A stretch of 64,000 bases of DNA from Octopus sinensis (GCF_006345805.1 NC_042999.1:17360001-17424000); one strand, 5' to 3'. Numbered from the stretch's first letter, positions 24,399 to 36,532 are shown. Numbers and translations: made by a program. Notes: a model not told the origin generated them from the letters alone.

Positions 24399-24815
24399 GC
24401 GGCGAGTTAGCGGAAACTTCAGCACGCCGGGCGAAATGCGTAGCGGTATTTCCTCTGCCGTTACGTTGTAAGTTCAAATTCCGCCGAGGTTGACTTTGCC
24501 ATTCATCCTTTCGGGGTCGATTAAATAAGTACCAGCCACGCACTGGGGTCGATGTAATCGACTTAATCCGTTTGTCTGTCCTTGTTTGTCCCCTCTAAGT
24601 TTAGCCGCTTGTGGGTAGTAAACAAATAGGTATTTCGACTGTCTTTAGTGTTCTGAGTTCAAATTCCGCCGAGGCAGACTTTGCCATTCATCCTTTCGGG
24701 GTCGATTGAATAAGTACCAGTTACGCACTGGGGTCGATGTAATCGACTTAATCCGTTTGTCTGTCCTTGTTTGTCCCCTCTAAGTTTAGCCCTTGTGGGT
24801 AGTAAAGAAATAGAT
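24399..24815 (+). mobile_element. SINE family B head-to-tail dimer inside a single TSD
   Basis: The second copy starts at GTATTTCG (no A box); CAAACAGAAGG at 24388-24398 and 24820-24830. Confidence 0.85.
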
Positions 24816-26111
24816 ATAGCAAACAGAAGGATCGACATATCAGATAGTGAGTCATTCGAGATACACTGTACCTGACAAATGTGGATTGTGTATGGTTGGA
24901 ATGCCATGCACATCCCATCATTGTTGAAAGATACGATTTATAGGAATATTGTATGTACTGAATAATCAAAACCTTTTCTTTTTCTTCTATTTCATGATGT
25001 AATGGAAACAATACGAGAAATGAAATGTTAGTGAAATGAAATATTTCCTTCGCATGATTCTCTCGATATATCACATATATTGTACGGCGCAGGAATGATG
25101 GAATTATCTTTCTTTATATATAGAAAATGTTGTACTAGACATTCGATCAATTCTGATCTGGATCTAAAGAAAAAAACATATGTGTATGATGTTATTTTAA
25201 TCTAACCCTATTTTCAGAATATATCTAACCACGTATGAGTATGCTTATATAAAAAAGAACCAATCCAGTTTGTTTTCGTATTATAGATAGCCATTTAACG
25301 AGGAGAGAAAACTATCGTTTTCGAGTCGTATATCTCATGCGACATATAATATTAGTTTCAGGGTAGGAATTCTAGATTAATCCAGCGATCGGAGATGATG
25401 TACTAGTTTCCATCCGTAAATGACAAGAGAAACAAATAATTCATATCAATACAATCACACTTCTCATGCATTTTCAGTGACATTACTGCACTATGGAAAA
25501 TGCATTGCTTAAACAAATTCGTGACTTCATGAGCAACGTGAATTGTATTGGGACAAAAATGCATTTTCAGAAGAAAACATCTTTTCCAAAACGCCAAGTA
25601 TTTAACCATTGTAAAATATCTTGTTGAATAGTGTTGATCTAATACCAAGTAACCCTCAGTGACGAAGAGATCGACATGAATACCTCAATCGTTGTCACAG
25701 TGAAAACAAAAATGGGTGGGGGGGGTGAATTTGCTTCACTTTGTTCAATTCCGTTTCAAAGTATATAGCAGCGCTCAAAAGAAATGAAGAATTTTTCTAT
25801 TCGAAATATACCTCGTGCATTCAATAAATACTATTGTATAGAAACATGATAATAAATTTTGCAAACTAGCGACGCACTGGCACAAAAATACTGTATATTC
25901 ATACATATATACATATACATATATAATAATAATAATAAATATTAGGGAATAAATCCAAATTTACAGGGAAAAAATCAGATTTAGGATTAAATCCAATTTT
26001 ATAGTAAAATATTATATAATATTAATTCGAGACAAAACCACTATTTTGCAAATCAAACAAGGAAATACTTAATCAATACATAAAAAATTTTAATATAAAG
26101 TAAATAAATCG

Positions 26112-26155
26112 CCACTACAATTGTTTCATGTCTTCAAATGACATTCGTCAGGTGG
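26112..26155 (-). ncRNA. Canonical minimal type I hammerhead
   Basis: Minus strand CCAC-CTGACGA-ATGTC atttgaa GACAT-GAA-ACAATTGT-A-GTGG: all core positions intact, GUA triplet. Confidence 0.8.
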
Positions 26156-26238
26156 ATTTCCGATCTTCTAATCAGTTTTAATTTATGAAGTCATAAATTA
26201 AAACTTCATAAATTAAAACTGATTAGAAGATCGGAAAT

Positions 26239-26282
26239 CCACCTGACGAATTTCATTTGAAGACATGAAACAATTGTAGTGT
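26239..26282 (+). ncRNA. Mirror copy of the hammerhead, one stem II mismatch
   Basis: CAC-CTGACGA-ATTTC atttgaa GACAT-GAA-ACAATTGT-A-GTG. Confidence 0.72.
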
Positions 26283-26367
26283 TTATTTACTTTATATTAA
26301 AATTTTTTATGTATTGATTAAGTCTTTCCTTGTTTGATTTGCAAAATAGTGGTTTTGTCTCGAATTA

Positions 26368-26434
<67 letters not shown>

Positions 26435-26490
26435 ATATGGCCTGCTCGCTTCAAAGGCTAAAACAACAACAAACAATATGTATATATATA

Positions 26491-26730
26491 GGCTCTGGGA
26501 TTGAACTTGCACAAAGTAGATGTAGGGGTTTTGAAATCAAAGCTGGACCTCTTCCTGTCGAGAGTCCCAGATGAACCTACCACACGGCAAGAGGTGCAAA
26601 ATGAGGGTAGCTATATCAAACTCCAGTCTTCACCAAGTGTCACATATTAGAAGAGGCTCTTAGTAATAACAGTGTAGCAAAACGGCGGTACATCAGCATG
26701 GCCACAGCTCTGAGCTGAAACTAGAGAGAA
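26491..26730 (+). mobile_element. CR1-group LINE 3' end (ORF2 C-terminus plus short 3' UTR)
   Basis: Reads LNLHKVDVGVLKSKLDLFLSRVPDEPTTRQEVQ / MRVAISNS (one frameshift), matching the K.KLD.FL..VPDEP...R.A.SNS end of CR1-like ORF2s. Clade assignment is from recall. Confidence 0.65.
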
Positions 26731-27749
26731 AAAATATACATACATACGTGTGTGTTTGTGTATGTGTGTGCGTGTACATGTATGTAATATATATTCTAAA
26801 CAAGTTAAAGACCGCCTTTTCATGTTTGTGTTTTAAGCAAATGTCTGCGTTGTTACTGTTAAATGATGTGTTATTAAAACCCCCCAAACAGGGTCACATT
26901 GTAAATTGCTCAGGCTGCCCCTGTGCATATGGTTAATGCTCCCTTACTGTTCATTTACTTAGTTAGATTCCTCGTAAAAATTCATTAGTTATAGCTGGCA
27001 ATAAATTAATTGGAACTATTTCATAGATGGTAATTAAATTTCTATTGATTTGCAAAAACACTGATTGATAATCTGTCAACTGGACGTTGAATAATAACAT
27101 CTTCTATTATAAACAGAATAGTTAAACTCAAGGGGCTAATTTAGAGAACTTTTGAGGTAAAGTAAGCGAGCTAAACTTTCGACTGAACCAATAAATACAC
27201 TGCGGTTATTAGATCGGTCATTCGGTCCACTATTCATTTTACAATCTAATTAAATTGAAGATGGCATTGTATCGAACAGTTGCTTCAATTATTTCTCTCT
27301 TATATTTTTAACAATTTAGTATATAATGATTAATATTCCTATAGTTAATATAATATTCTGTTATATAAAGAAACAATGCTGCCGTGTTTTATGTATCAAA
27401 CGAAGATATAAAGGAGCTGTATGTTATTGATTCCAACATAAAAGATGCAATTATTTTTGATATTGCAGTATTTATTTTTTTATGTGGCATATTATTAAAC
27501 TGGTTGTTCTTTTTGTAACTGAAATTGTTCCCTACATCAGTATATTGTAAATAGCCGCATACAGTGTAGTGATGAAATATCCATACCGAATCCTTTAGTT
27601 CCGTTTGGGAAAATACTAGTAGTAAAATAGTATCGGGTAAAATTTTGTCAAATAGAAACTGCCTCATGTTTACCTTTTTAAGCAACTCGTATTCACATGT
27701 TTTGATATCGAAGCCACAATCATTTCTATGTTGGTAATATGTTATGCAA

Positions 27750-27980
27750 GGTGGAGAGCTGGCAGAAACGTTAGCACGCCGGGCGAAATGTGTAACCGTA
27801 TTTCGCCTGCCGTTACGTTCTGAGTTCAAATTCCGCCGAGATCGACTTTGCCTTTCATCCTTTCGGTATCAATAAATTAAGTACCAGTTATGCACTGGGG
27901 TCGATGAAATCGACTTACTCCGTTTGTCTGTCCTTATTTGTCCCCTCTATGTTTAGTCCCTTGTGGGTATTAAAGAAATA
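27750..27980 (+). mobile_element. SINE family B with a 15-bp TSD
   Basis: GGTAATATGTTATGC at 27733-27747 and 27981-27995. Confidence 0.9.
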
Positions 27981-27995
27981 GGTAATATGTTATGC

Positions 27996-28280
27996 GGAGG
28001 CACAATGGCCCAGTGGTTAGGGCAGCAGACTCGCGGTCGGAGGATCACAGTTTCGATTCCAGATCAGACATTGTATGTTTTTAAAGAGCGAAAACATCTA
28101 AAGCTTCACGAGTCTCCGGCAGGGGGGGGGGGTGACCCCTGTTGTACTCTTTCACTCCAACTTTTTAATACTCTTCCTTCCTGTTTCTTGAGTAACGCTG
28201 CGATGGACTAGCGTCCCGTCCAGCTGGGGGAAACACATACGCTACAGACACTTGGAAACCGGGACCATGAGCCTGTGAGG
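27996..28280 (+). mobile_element. SINE family C, tail variant C3
   Basis: Same tRNA-like head as 9064; the 3' part is GTAACGCTGCGATGGACTAGCGTCCCGTCCAGCTGGGG...GGAAACCGGGACCATGAGCC. Confidence 0.75.
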
Positions 28281-29119
28281 ATTTTCTCTCAGTCTATCTG
28301 TTACAACAGCCTGTTCTTATTCTCGAAAGGCCTTTAACTTCTGTAACCAATTAAAGAAATGCATGTAACAAAATAATGAGATCTCGTTTAATGTGTAGAT
28401 CTACTTCAGCTTCAATTTTATTTGTCACCTACTCGTCCTTCATATGTATATCGATATTTAATTATAAATGCATTTAGCATCAAGGAATTTCGAAAACAAA
28501 TGTTACTTTGCAATAAGATTGAACTGTAAAGCGCGAGTCCAATTTCGTGATCACCCAATCTTGTGGTCGTGTATATGTGCGTGTGCTGAAATGTGCAGAT
28601 TTTGTGTGAGTATGTTTGTGCGTTTATGCGTGTTTATGTTTCTATGTGCGTAGTGTGTGTATGTGTCTATGTGCGTGTGTCCTCGACTGTCCTCTTACCT
28701 ATAGATCATAAGCGTGTGAAGAATTCCTGGTTCTTCACATTATGTCCTCTCCGTCTATGGAATTGGTTTCAATTGCTTTATGATTATTGTTGACGCATCA
28801 GTCGGAAAAAAAAAACATTTACCAAAATCAAACGTTTATGATCTAGTAAATTTCGATATACTGTTATGTGACTGTCCGACCATGTATGTATGTATGTATG
28901 TATGTATGTATGTATGTATGTATTATGTATGTATTATGTATGTATGCATGTATGTATGTATGTATGCATGTATATATGTATGTATGTGCGTGTGTAACTA
29001 TGTACCTATGTACGTGTGTATGTATCTAATATATATATATATATATATATAAAGAGTATGTATATATATCTATACACATACATATATACATACACAGACA
29101 TACACACACACACACACAC

Positions 29120-29169
<50 letters not shown>

Positions 29170-29374
29170 ATATATTATATATATATATGCATATATGCAT
29201 ACATACATGCATACATTCATAAATTCATACATACAGACACGCATATAAGTATAAGCACATAATTACACTACCGTTCGTGTGTTTATGAGAAAAGCAACTC
29301 TTTGCAATATCGCTCTGTATGGTGCGTTTAATTTTGTGTAATTGTTCTTCTTGTGGCTAATAAAAAGAAACAAA

Positions 29375-29397
29375 AAATATCATCATCATCGTCATCG

Positions 29398-29459
<62 letters not shown>

Positions 29460-29522
29460 GACATCAACAACATCATCATCCGCATGAACGCCATTATTAT
29501 TACTATTATATTATTATTATTA

Positions 29523-29574
<52 letters not shown>

Positions 29575-29575
29575 T
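29375..29575. repeat. (CAT)n followed by (TTA)n microsatellite
   Basis: Directly visible; poly-H/I and poly-N/M ORFs are artefacts. Confidence 0.9.
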
Positions 29576-30604
29576 GTTGCTATTTTGTGCGGTTTCATTT
29601 TGCTTAATTAAGTTTCCCACCATATTTTGTTCACTTCTACCACCTTTTAAATAGATATATTATAAATATCTTTTTAAAGAATAGAAAATGTGTTGAAACT
29701 CTAGTGATTCCCTAGTCAGATGTATCGATTTGCTAATTGGATAAACTAGGCGTGACTTCAATTAGGTAAGTTACACGACTCTGCTTTATCTAAGTTTTGC
29801 TTTATTATTATTATTATTATTATTATTTATTTTTTTGTTTGAAATTTAGTATTATAATTGTTTATATTTTCTCCCTTATTTATTTATTTTTTTAAATCAA
29901 GCTGATTATCCATAGAAATTCCACGTTCTCAGTTGCTGGATTCCGCAAATAAAAGTGGTTACTAGAGTGTCTTCTACATAATACAGTTAACTGCCCCCGG
30001 AGCCTGACATACGTAAATGTTCGATGCGCAATCTTCTCGAGATCGATATATTCTAGCACATGCTAATTAGCCATGGAACAGAAACACCCAGAGTGCAGTT
30101 TCAGTTATAGATATATATATCTATGTAACTATTGATTTCTATGTTTTATTTATTCAAATTATTTCTTCTTCGTAGAAATTGTAGAAATGCTGTTTTCAAT
30201 AGTGTTATTATATAACGAACATCTACCTATTTCTCTAAGTCTATGTGTCAATCTATGTATCTATCTACCTATCCATCTGAATACAAATATATATATATAT
30301 ATATATATATATGAATATATATATATATGTATGTATGTATGTATGAGTGAATGTATGTATGTATATATACACACACATATATATACACAAACACATATGT
30401 ATATATATATATGCTTATAAATATATACAAACATATGTATAGATATACATGAACAAAGTCATCTCGTTTCTGGTTCATGTAATTCTTTTATATAGCATAG
30501 TAAATAAGTGAATAATATATACGTTGTACATATGTACGACACTTCTCATCGCTTCTCAGTCAAGTTCATTTATGTGTTGTATCTATCTCTCTCTCTCTTT
30601 TTCA

Positions 30605-30649
<45 letters not shown>

Positions 30650-32380
30650 AAATCAAAATAAGCAACAAGGATATCCAGAGGTAATGCTGTACGATCGTTT
30701 CATGCAACTCCATTTAATTGAGCACTTCAATCATTTCCTTACATCCATTTAAAATGTAGAGCAATCTTCAGCTGCACAAAACCATGGAATTTAATTATAT
30801 TGAATTAATTTAGTTAGAACAGGAGGACACATTAGTATAATTTTACCTAAAATCTCCAAGAAGTTAAGGAGATAGACAAAGAACATGTTTTACCAACAAT
30901 ATCATAGTTGTAACTAATATATGAGGAAACTAGCTCGTTTCTGGTTCACGTAATCCCTTTATATAGCATAGTAAATAAGTGAATGGATAAATCCGTACTA
31001 AATCCTGGTGCCTCAACTTAAGTACCTTATTCATCTGAATCTATATTATATGACGCATATTTGCCATTTGAATATGGCTAACCCCTAAGGGTGGATGCTA
31101 CTGTAGTTTGTAGCCCCAGGAAGATACCTCCTCTAGCTGGCTATAGACACACTATCTGTGCCCTATCAGTATTTGTGAAGGGAAGTCATCCTTCCCGTCT
31201 TCAACTTATGATACACACGGACTCGCTCTGAGATTTATCATAATATTATGTGAGAACGACGTAAACAAACAAGCCTTGTGAGTTAGGGTTCGGCCCAGGA
31301 ATATTTGAAGAAATCTTTAGCTTTTCAAGCCGGCGCTCTTTTTCTGAAGGGATAGATGCGAAGAGAGAAAATAAAGGGAAAAAAGCTGGTGCGTCTCAGT
31401 TGTTGTTTACAGGAACATACCTAGAGTATAGCATGATGGTGATATTCAAACACTTCTTGGACTCTATGCAAATATTTGGCGGATCAGTTTGAGCATCGAA
31501 CAAACTGCTTTGTATTTAGGTACCATCTTTTGTACTGTGTTTAAATATCGGTGAAGTTAAGAGCTTGGACTTGATTTAATCGACGATACACCTTACCGTA
31601 AATTTATGAGATGGTGCCTCTTTTAAAAATAGTTTTATGTCATTTATTGTCTTGTAGTTGTAGAAGCAGTACCATATTAGGAAAATTGCCTGATAGTATT
31701 TATGTAAAAGTACATCCTGCATTTTAGCTTAAATTTGATTCTTGTGAATCGATAAAATAAAATACTAGTCATGTACTTAGTTCAAGCTAATCGATCTTCA
31801 TCTGTTCCAAATTACCTTACTGTATGCCGATATTAGAAATCAATATAAATGGTTGTCTCCTTTGCAATATTACTGATTTGTCTCATTTGCATAACTTATC
31901 TAGGCTGCCATTAAATTATTTCAAGTGTTAAATCATAGGCGAGTTTATTTGATGGGGAATAATGAATATTTAACCTGGTGTGATACGAAAGGATATATTA
32001 TTAGATTTATTACTAAAATATATCACAGTTTTTAAATCAAGTTATCTATATGTGATACGAAAGGGTATATTTTTAGATTTATGTATATTTTTAGATTTCT
32101 TACTAAAATATATCAGTTTTTGAATCAAGTTATCTATATAATAATTTTGTTCAACGTCAGATCAACAATAATTGAGTTGAGCCAAGCTCCACCAATCTTC
32201 TGTTCAGACATGGTGTGTATATAACTCTAATGCACAATTTCCTTGCTTATGACACACTGATAACATCAGTGCCTGGATAACATTTTCCAAACTTTGCCGT
32301 CTTAAAATTCAAATCATAGTCACTCAATAACGAATCGAAATCAATGGGCCAAATTATATTTATTGAAATATACATATATG

Positions 32381-32968
32381 TTTCTTTATTATCCACAAGG
32401 GAATACACATAGAAGGGACAGACAAGGACAGACAAACGGATTAAGTTGATTACATCGACCCCAGTGCGTAACTGGTACTTAATTTATCGACCTCGATAGG
32501 ATGAAAGGCAAAGCCGACCTCGACGGAATTTGAACTCAGGGAGTAACAGCAGACCAAATACTTATTTCTTACTACCTACCGGGGACTAAACACAGAGAGG
32601 AAAAATCAGGACGGACAAATCAGGACCGACAAAGGGATTGAGTCAATCATATCGACCCCAGTGTGTAACTGGTACTTATTTAATCGACCCTGAAATGATG
32701 AAAGGCAAAGTCGACCTCGGCGGAATTTGAACTCAGAACGTAACGGCAGACGAAATGCCTATTTCTTTACTACCCACAAGAGGCTAAACACAGAGAGGAA
32801 GAACAAGGACAGACAAACGGATTAAGTCGACTACATCGACCCCAGTGTGTAACTGGTACTTATTTAATCGACCCCGAAAGGATTAATGGCAAAGTCGAAC
32901 TCGTAACGGCAGACGAAATACCGCTAAGCGTTTCGCCCAGCGTGCTAACGTTTCTGCCAGTTTGCCGC
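32381..32968 (-). mobile_element. SINE family B head-to-tail trimer
   Basis: Three bodies (32381-32560, 32561-32759, 32760-32968). Only the 5'-most (rightmost) has the full head. AATATACATAT occurs on both flanks. Confidence 0.8.
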
Positions 32969-33659
32969 TATAATATACATATGTACACACGTACACACAC
33001 ACTCACACACACTTACATACATACACACATACATACATACATACATACATACATACATACATACATACATACATACATACATACATACACACATACATAC
33101 ATGTATGTATGTATGGATGGATGGAAACCTACATTACGCATGCATTTATAAAGCTATCAGCAGTTAACGGCTTCAATTACGATATGTAAACTAAGGTCGA
33201 ATAATACCAGTTCTCGATAAGTAAATCCCTTCTCATGTGATAGAAACGTAATCTGTCATTGTAAATCTCTGAACGCCATTTCAGTGACAGGCTACAAAGC
33301 GATAACTATTATTTCGTATACTTAACTATACTTATATCAGTTAAAGTAAAGTAAGTGGATCTTATAACATGGTTGTGAATATATCATTTCTATTCAGAGA
33401 TACGGCATCATAATCTGAAGACATATCATCACAGCAGTCAAAAGTTTGACATTCTTTAATATTTCTTCACACCTTTCACTTAATAATTAATGTTAGGGTA
33501 TAATAATGTCTGGTGCCAATTTAACACCTCATTTGTCTCATTACATAAACCATTATCTCTGCTGATTCAGGAGTAGTAAACGTCTAAGAGGAATAGTCTC
33601 GCTAGTATTATGCTGTTATGTCTATGTGAAAGAGGCTTTACATTAATCTAATAGTATTT

Positions 33660-34317
33660 TCATCATACTTGTGGCTATGGCGAAAGAATGTATCTGGTGG
33701 AGGCGTCTGAAAGGATTAGAGACAAACACTTTCCTCTCTGGTCAATCTCTCATCAACTTCTTCAAGTATCACTTGAAAAGGAAAGTGAGAGTAGAGAGGC
33801 AAGTTTTGTCTAGCGAATATTTCAAAAAAGAATGGGTGAATGTTGCAAGGATGGCACGTATGAAAGACGAAGCCTCCTTGAGCATAATCCTATGAACCCG
33901 GAAAAATTTAAAACAGAGAGTTACTTACTTGCAAATAAATGAGTTAATATGTGGCATTAATGACCGAGGTTACCGTGGTCTTTTCCGTAGCCTTTTTTTT
34001 TACCATGGATAAGCCTTATCTGCTTCGCCCTTTACACATGACATTTCTGTGATATAGGATACCTATTGATCGTTTTTTCTTTCCTTTTTTCTTTTCTTTT
34101 TTTTTCCTTTCTACGATCCCTTTTGATCGAAAACCTACCCCACCTTTGTTTCTTTTTTCTCCCCAAAAAAGAAAAATTCTACTTTGTAATTTGTCTACGA
34201 TCCCTTTTGATCGAAAACCTACCCCACTTTTTCTCTTTTATTTTCTCCCCCTAAACAAAAGTTCTACTTTGTAATTTGTCCCGTCTGTGTCTAACCCTGT
34301 GTGGCTAATAAAGAAAA
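33660..34317 (+). mobile_element. L1/Tx1-like LINE 3' end (ORF2 C-terminus plus 3' UTR with an internal duplication)
   Basis: ORF 33671..33895 AMAKECIWWRRLKGL...LINFFKYHLKRKVRVERQVLS..YFKKEWV resembles Tx1-clade ORF2 ends; ends TAATAAAGAAAAA; a second 3' UTR copy lies at 63880-64000. Confidence 0.65.
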
Positions 34318-34794
34318 AATAATCTAATTGTAATTTCATTTATAACATAACTTTTCTGGTAGAATCATGTGCAGAAATGTACGATGACTGATACATAGAC
34401 CGATGAAGTTATTTGTAATATGTCATCATTATTTGGCAAATATCCTTCTCAAATATTTGTAAGCCTCTTCTTTCATACACGTTTACACACAATCTGTCAT
34501 TCGACAAATTAATACATTTGGAGAGTTGAAGATATGAATGCCAAACAAATCAAATAATAGGCTCTTATATTCTTCTTCAGGAAAAATTTATTCGTATTAG
34601 TCATTATGGTGAAACCCCAAAAGACAGCGAAATTATCAGGTTAATATTTGGCTGAACTTTCTGTTATGAGATGATAAGAATTATTATTTGAATAGGTAGC
34701 ACTGCAGCACAATTACTATTGAACGGAAGGAAAATAATTATATACTATGCATATAGGTGTTGTGTGCTGTTTCAGATATTGTTCCAAAGATTTT

Positions 34795-35334
34795 CTTTAT
34801 CTGTCTGTCTATCTATCTGTCTATCTAGCTATCTATCTATCAATCCATCCATCCATCCTCCATTCATCCATCCATCGATCTATCCATCGATCTATCCATC
34901 ATCCGTCCGTCTCTTTGTTTGTTTGTCTGTCTGTCTGTCTGTCTGTCTATGTATGTATGTATCTATCTATCTCGCTCTCTCTATCTATCCATCATCCATC
35001 CATCCATCTATCCGCCCGCCTGTTTGTATGTTTGTCTGTCTGTCTGTCTGTCTATATATGTATGTAGGTATGAATGTATGTATGTATGTATGTATGTATG
35101 CATGTATGTATGTATGTATCTATCTATCTATCTTAATATTTATCTATATGTCTATCTGTCTGTTTAACTGTCTATCTGTCTGTCTGTCTATCTATCTTTC
35201 TATCTACTTACCTACCAATATACCTACCTACCTACCTACCTACATAACTACTACTGTGTACCTACCTACCTAACTCTTTACCTACCTATCCACCTATCCA
35301 TCTATTTAGCCATCTATCTATCTATATATCTATG

Positions 35335-35397
<63 letters not shown>

Positions 35398-35460
35398 TTG
35401 TCTACCTATCTTGCCAACTAAACATAACATACATTTATGTACGTACATACATACATGCAC
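34795..35460. repeat. Compound tetranucleotide microsatellite (TATC/TCCA/TGTC/TATG/TACC)
   Basis: Directly visible. Confidence 0.9.
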
Positions 35461-35707
35461 ACACACAGTTGATATTAATATTTCTAAAAAAAATTTTGAA
35501 TAATGCAGACGAGATGTCGAACAATAATGGAAAGTGATATAAATGAGTTAATGCAAATGGAAAACATTACGACTTACATGGGTTGTGTATTAATCTTATA
35601 ATATTTCAGAAAATGATCTAACTCTCAAATTTAAAAATAAACCACCAAAGATCTTGTAGAGTTGTGCTGTTACCGATAGCAGCAGCATGTACGTGGTTCT
35701 ATATAAT

Positions 35708-35781
35708 CATGTATCTGTCAGCTCTTAAGTTTACCTGAAATTGTACTTGTTAATTTGCTCACACAGCCAAGGATTATTACG

Positions 35782-35866
<85 letters not shown>

Positions 35867-35952
35867 TATATATATATACGTAATAATCCTTGGCTGTGTG
35901 AGCAAATTAACAAGTACAATTTCAGGTAAACTTAAGAGCTGACAGATACATG
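35708..35952. repeat. Perfect palindrome with ~75-bp arms and a (TA)n core, fused to the start of the ribozyme array
   Basis: CATGTATCTGTCAGCTCTTAAG...GGATTATTACGTA-(TA)n-TACGTAATAATCC...CTTAAGAGCTGACAGATACATG. Confidence 0.92.
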
Positions 35953-36052
35953 GATGTAATATATGTAAACTCACCCATGTGCTTCGTTCATGTTGAGCAG
36001 TTAGCTGATCGGCTTAAGCAGGGCAGGGTCGTTGTTTTTTTATAATACATTC

Positions 36053-36100
36053 AGGCCTGCTGATGAGTACGTAAGTATGAAATCACTGTGATACAGGTCT
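36053..36100 (+). ncRNA. Type I hammerhead, unit 1 (intact); predicted cleavage after A36093
   Basis: AGGCCTG-CTGATGA-GTAC gtaa GTAT-GAA-ATCA ctg TGAT-A-CAGGTCT: 7-bp stem I, 4-bp stems II and III, AUA triplet. Confidence 0.88.
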
Positions 36101-36532
36101 ATATTTTTTAAATGTCTTACTTTGAAAAATTGCATTCGGTGGGATTAGTAATATTTTTGGTAGAAATGACTAATTGTCCCTCTTAGCGTTTGGCATGTAT
36201 GTATAATGCCTTCTGGCATGTATGTATAATGCCCTCTATATATAAATTAATATGTTCAATAAGAAATAATTATTTTCGAAATTTTTTCTCTTATGAGGTT
36301 TTTACGCTATCTACCTGACAATTTCTTGTTAAGTTTTCCTTATTAAGTAGTTGTCCTTAATTGCTAAATTTTTATTCCGAAAATACATTTCCTCTCCCGA
36401 GATGCAATTCGTAAAAGTTTGCCATTTATCCGGATGTAATATATGTAAACTCACCCATGTGCTTCGTTGATGTTGAGCAGTTAGCTGATCGGCTTAAGCG
36501 GGGCAGGGTCGTTGTTTATTTATAATACATTC

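Larger units (their letters stand above)
26019..26372. mobile_element. Inverted duplication of a PLE-type terminal repeat (~170-bp arms) carrying two opposed hammerheads
   Basis: 26019-26190 is the reverse complement of 26205-26372, apart from a few mismatches and a small indel; (TA)n on the right. Confidence 0.8.

Noticed and set aside
33303-33344. Hammerhead-like CTGATATAA-GTATA..TATAC-GAA (minus); also CTGAAGG...GAAACGTA at ~58163-58195
   Set aside because: The cores or stems are too broken to separate from chance in AT-rich DNA.
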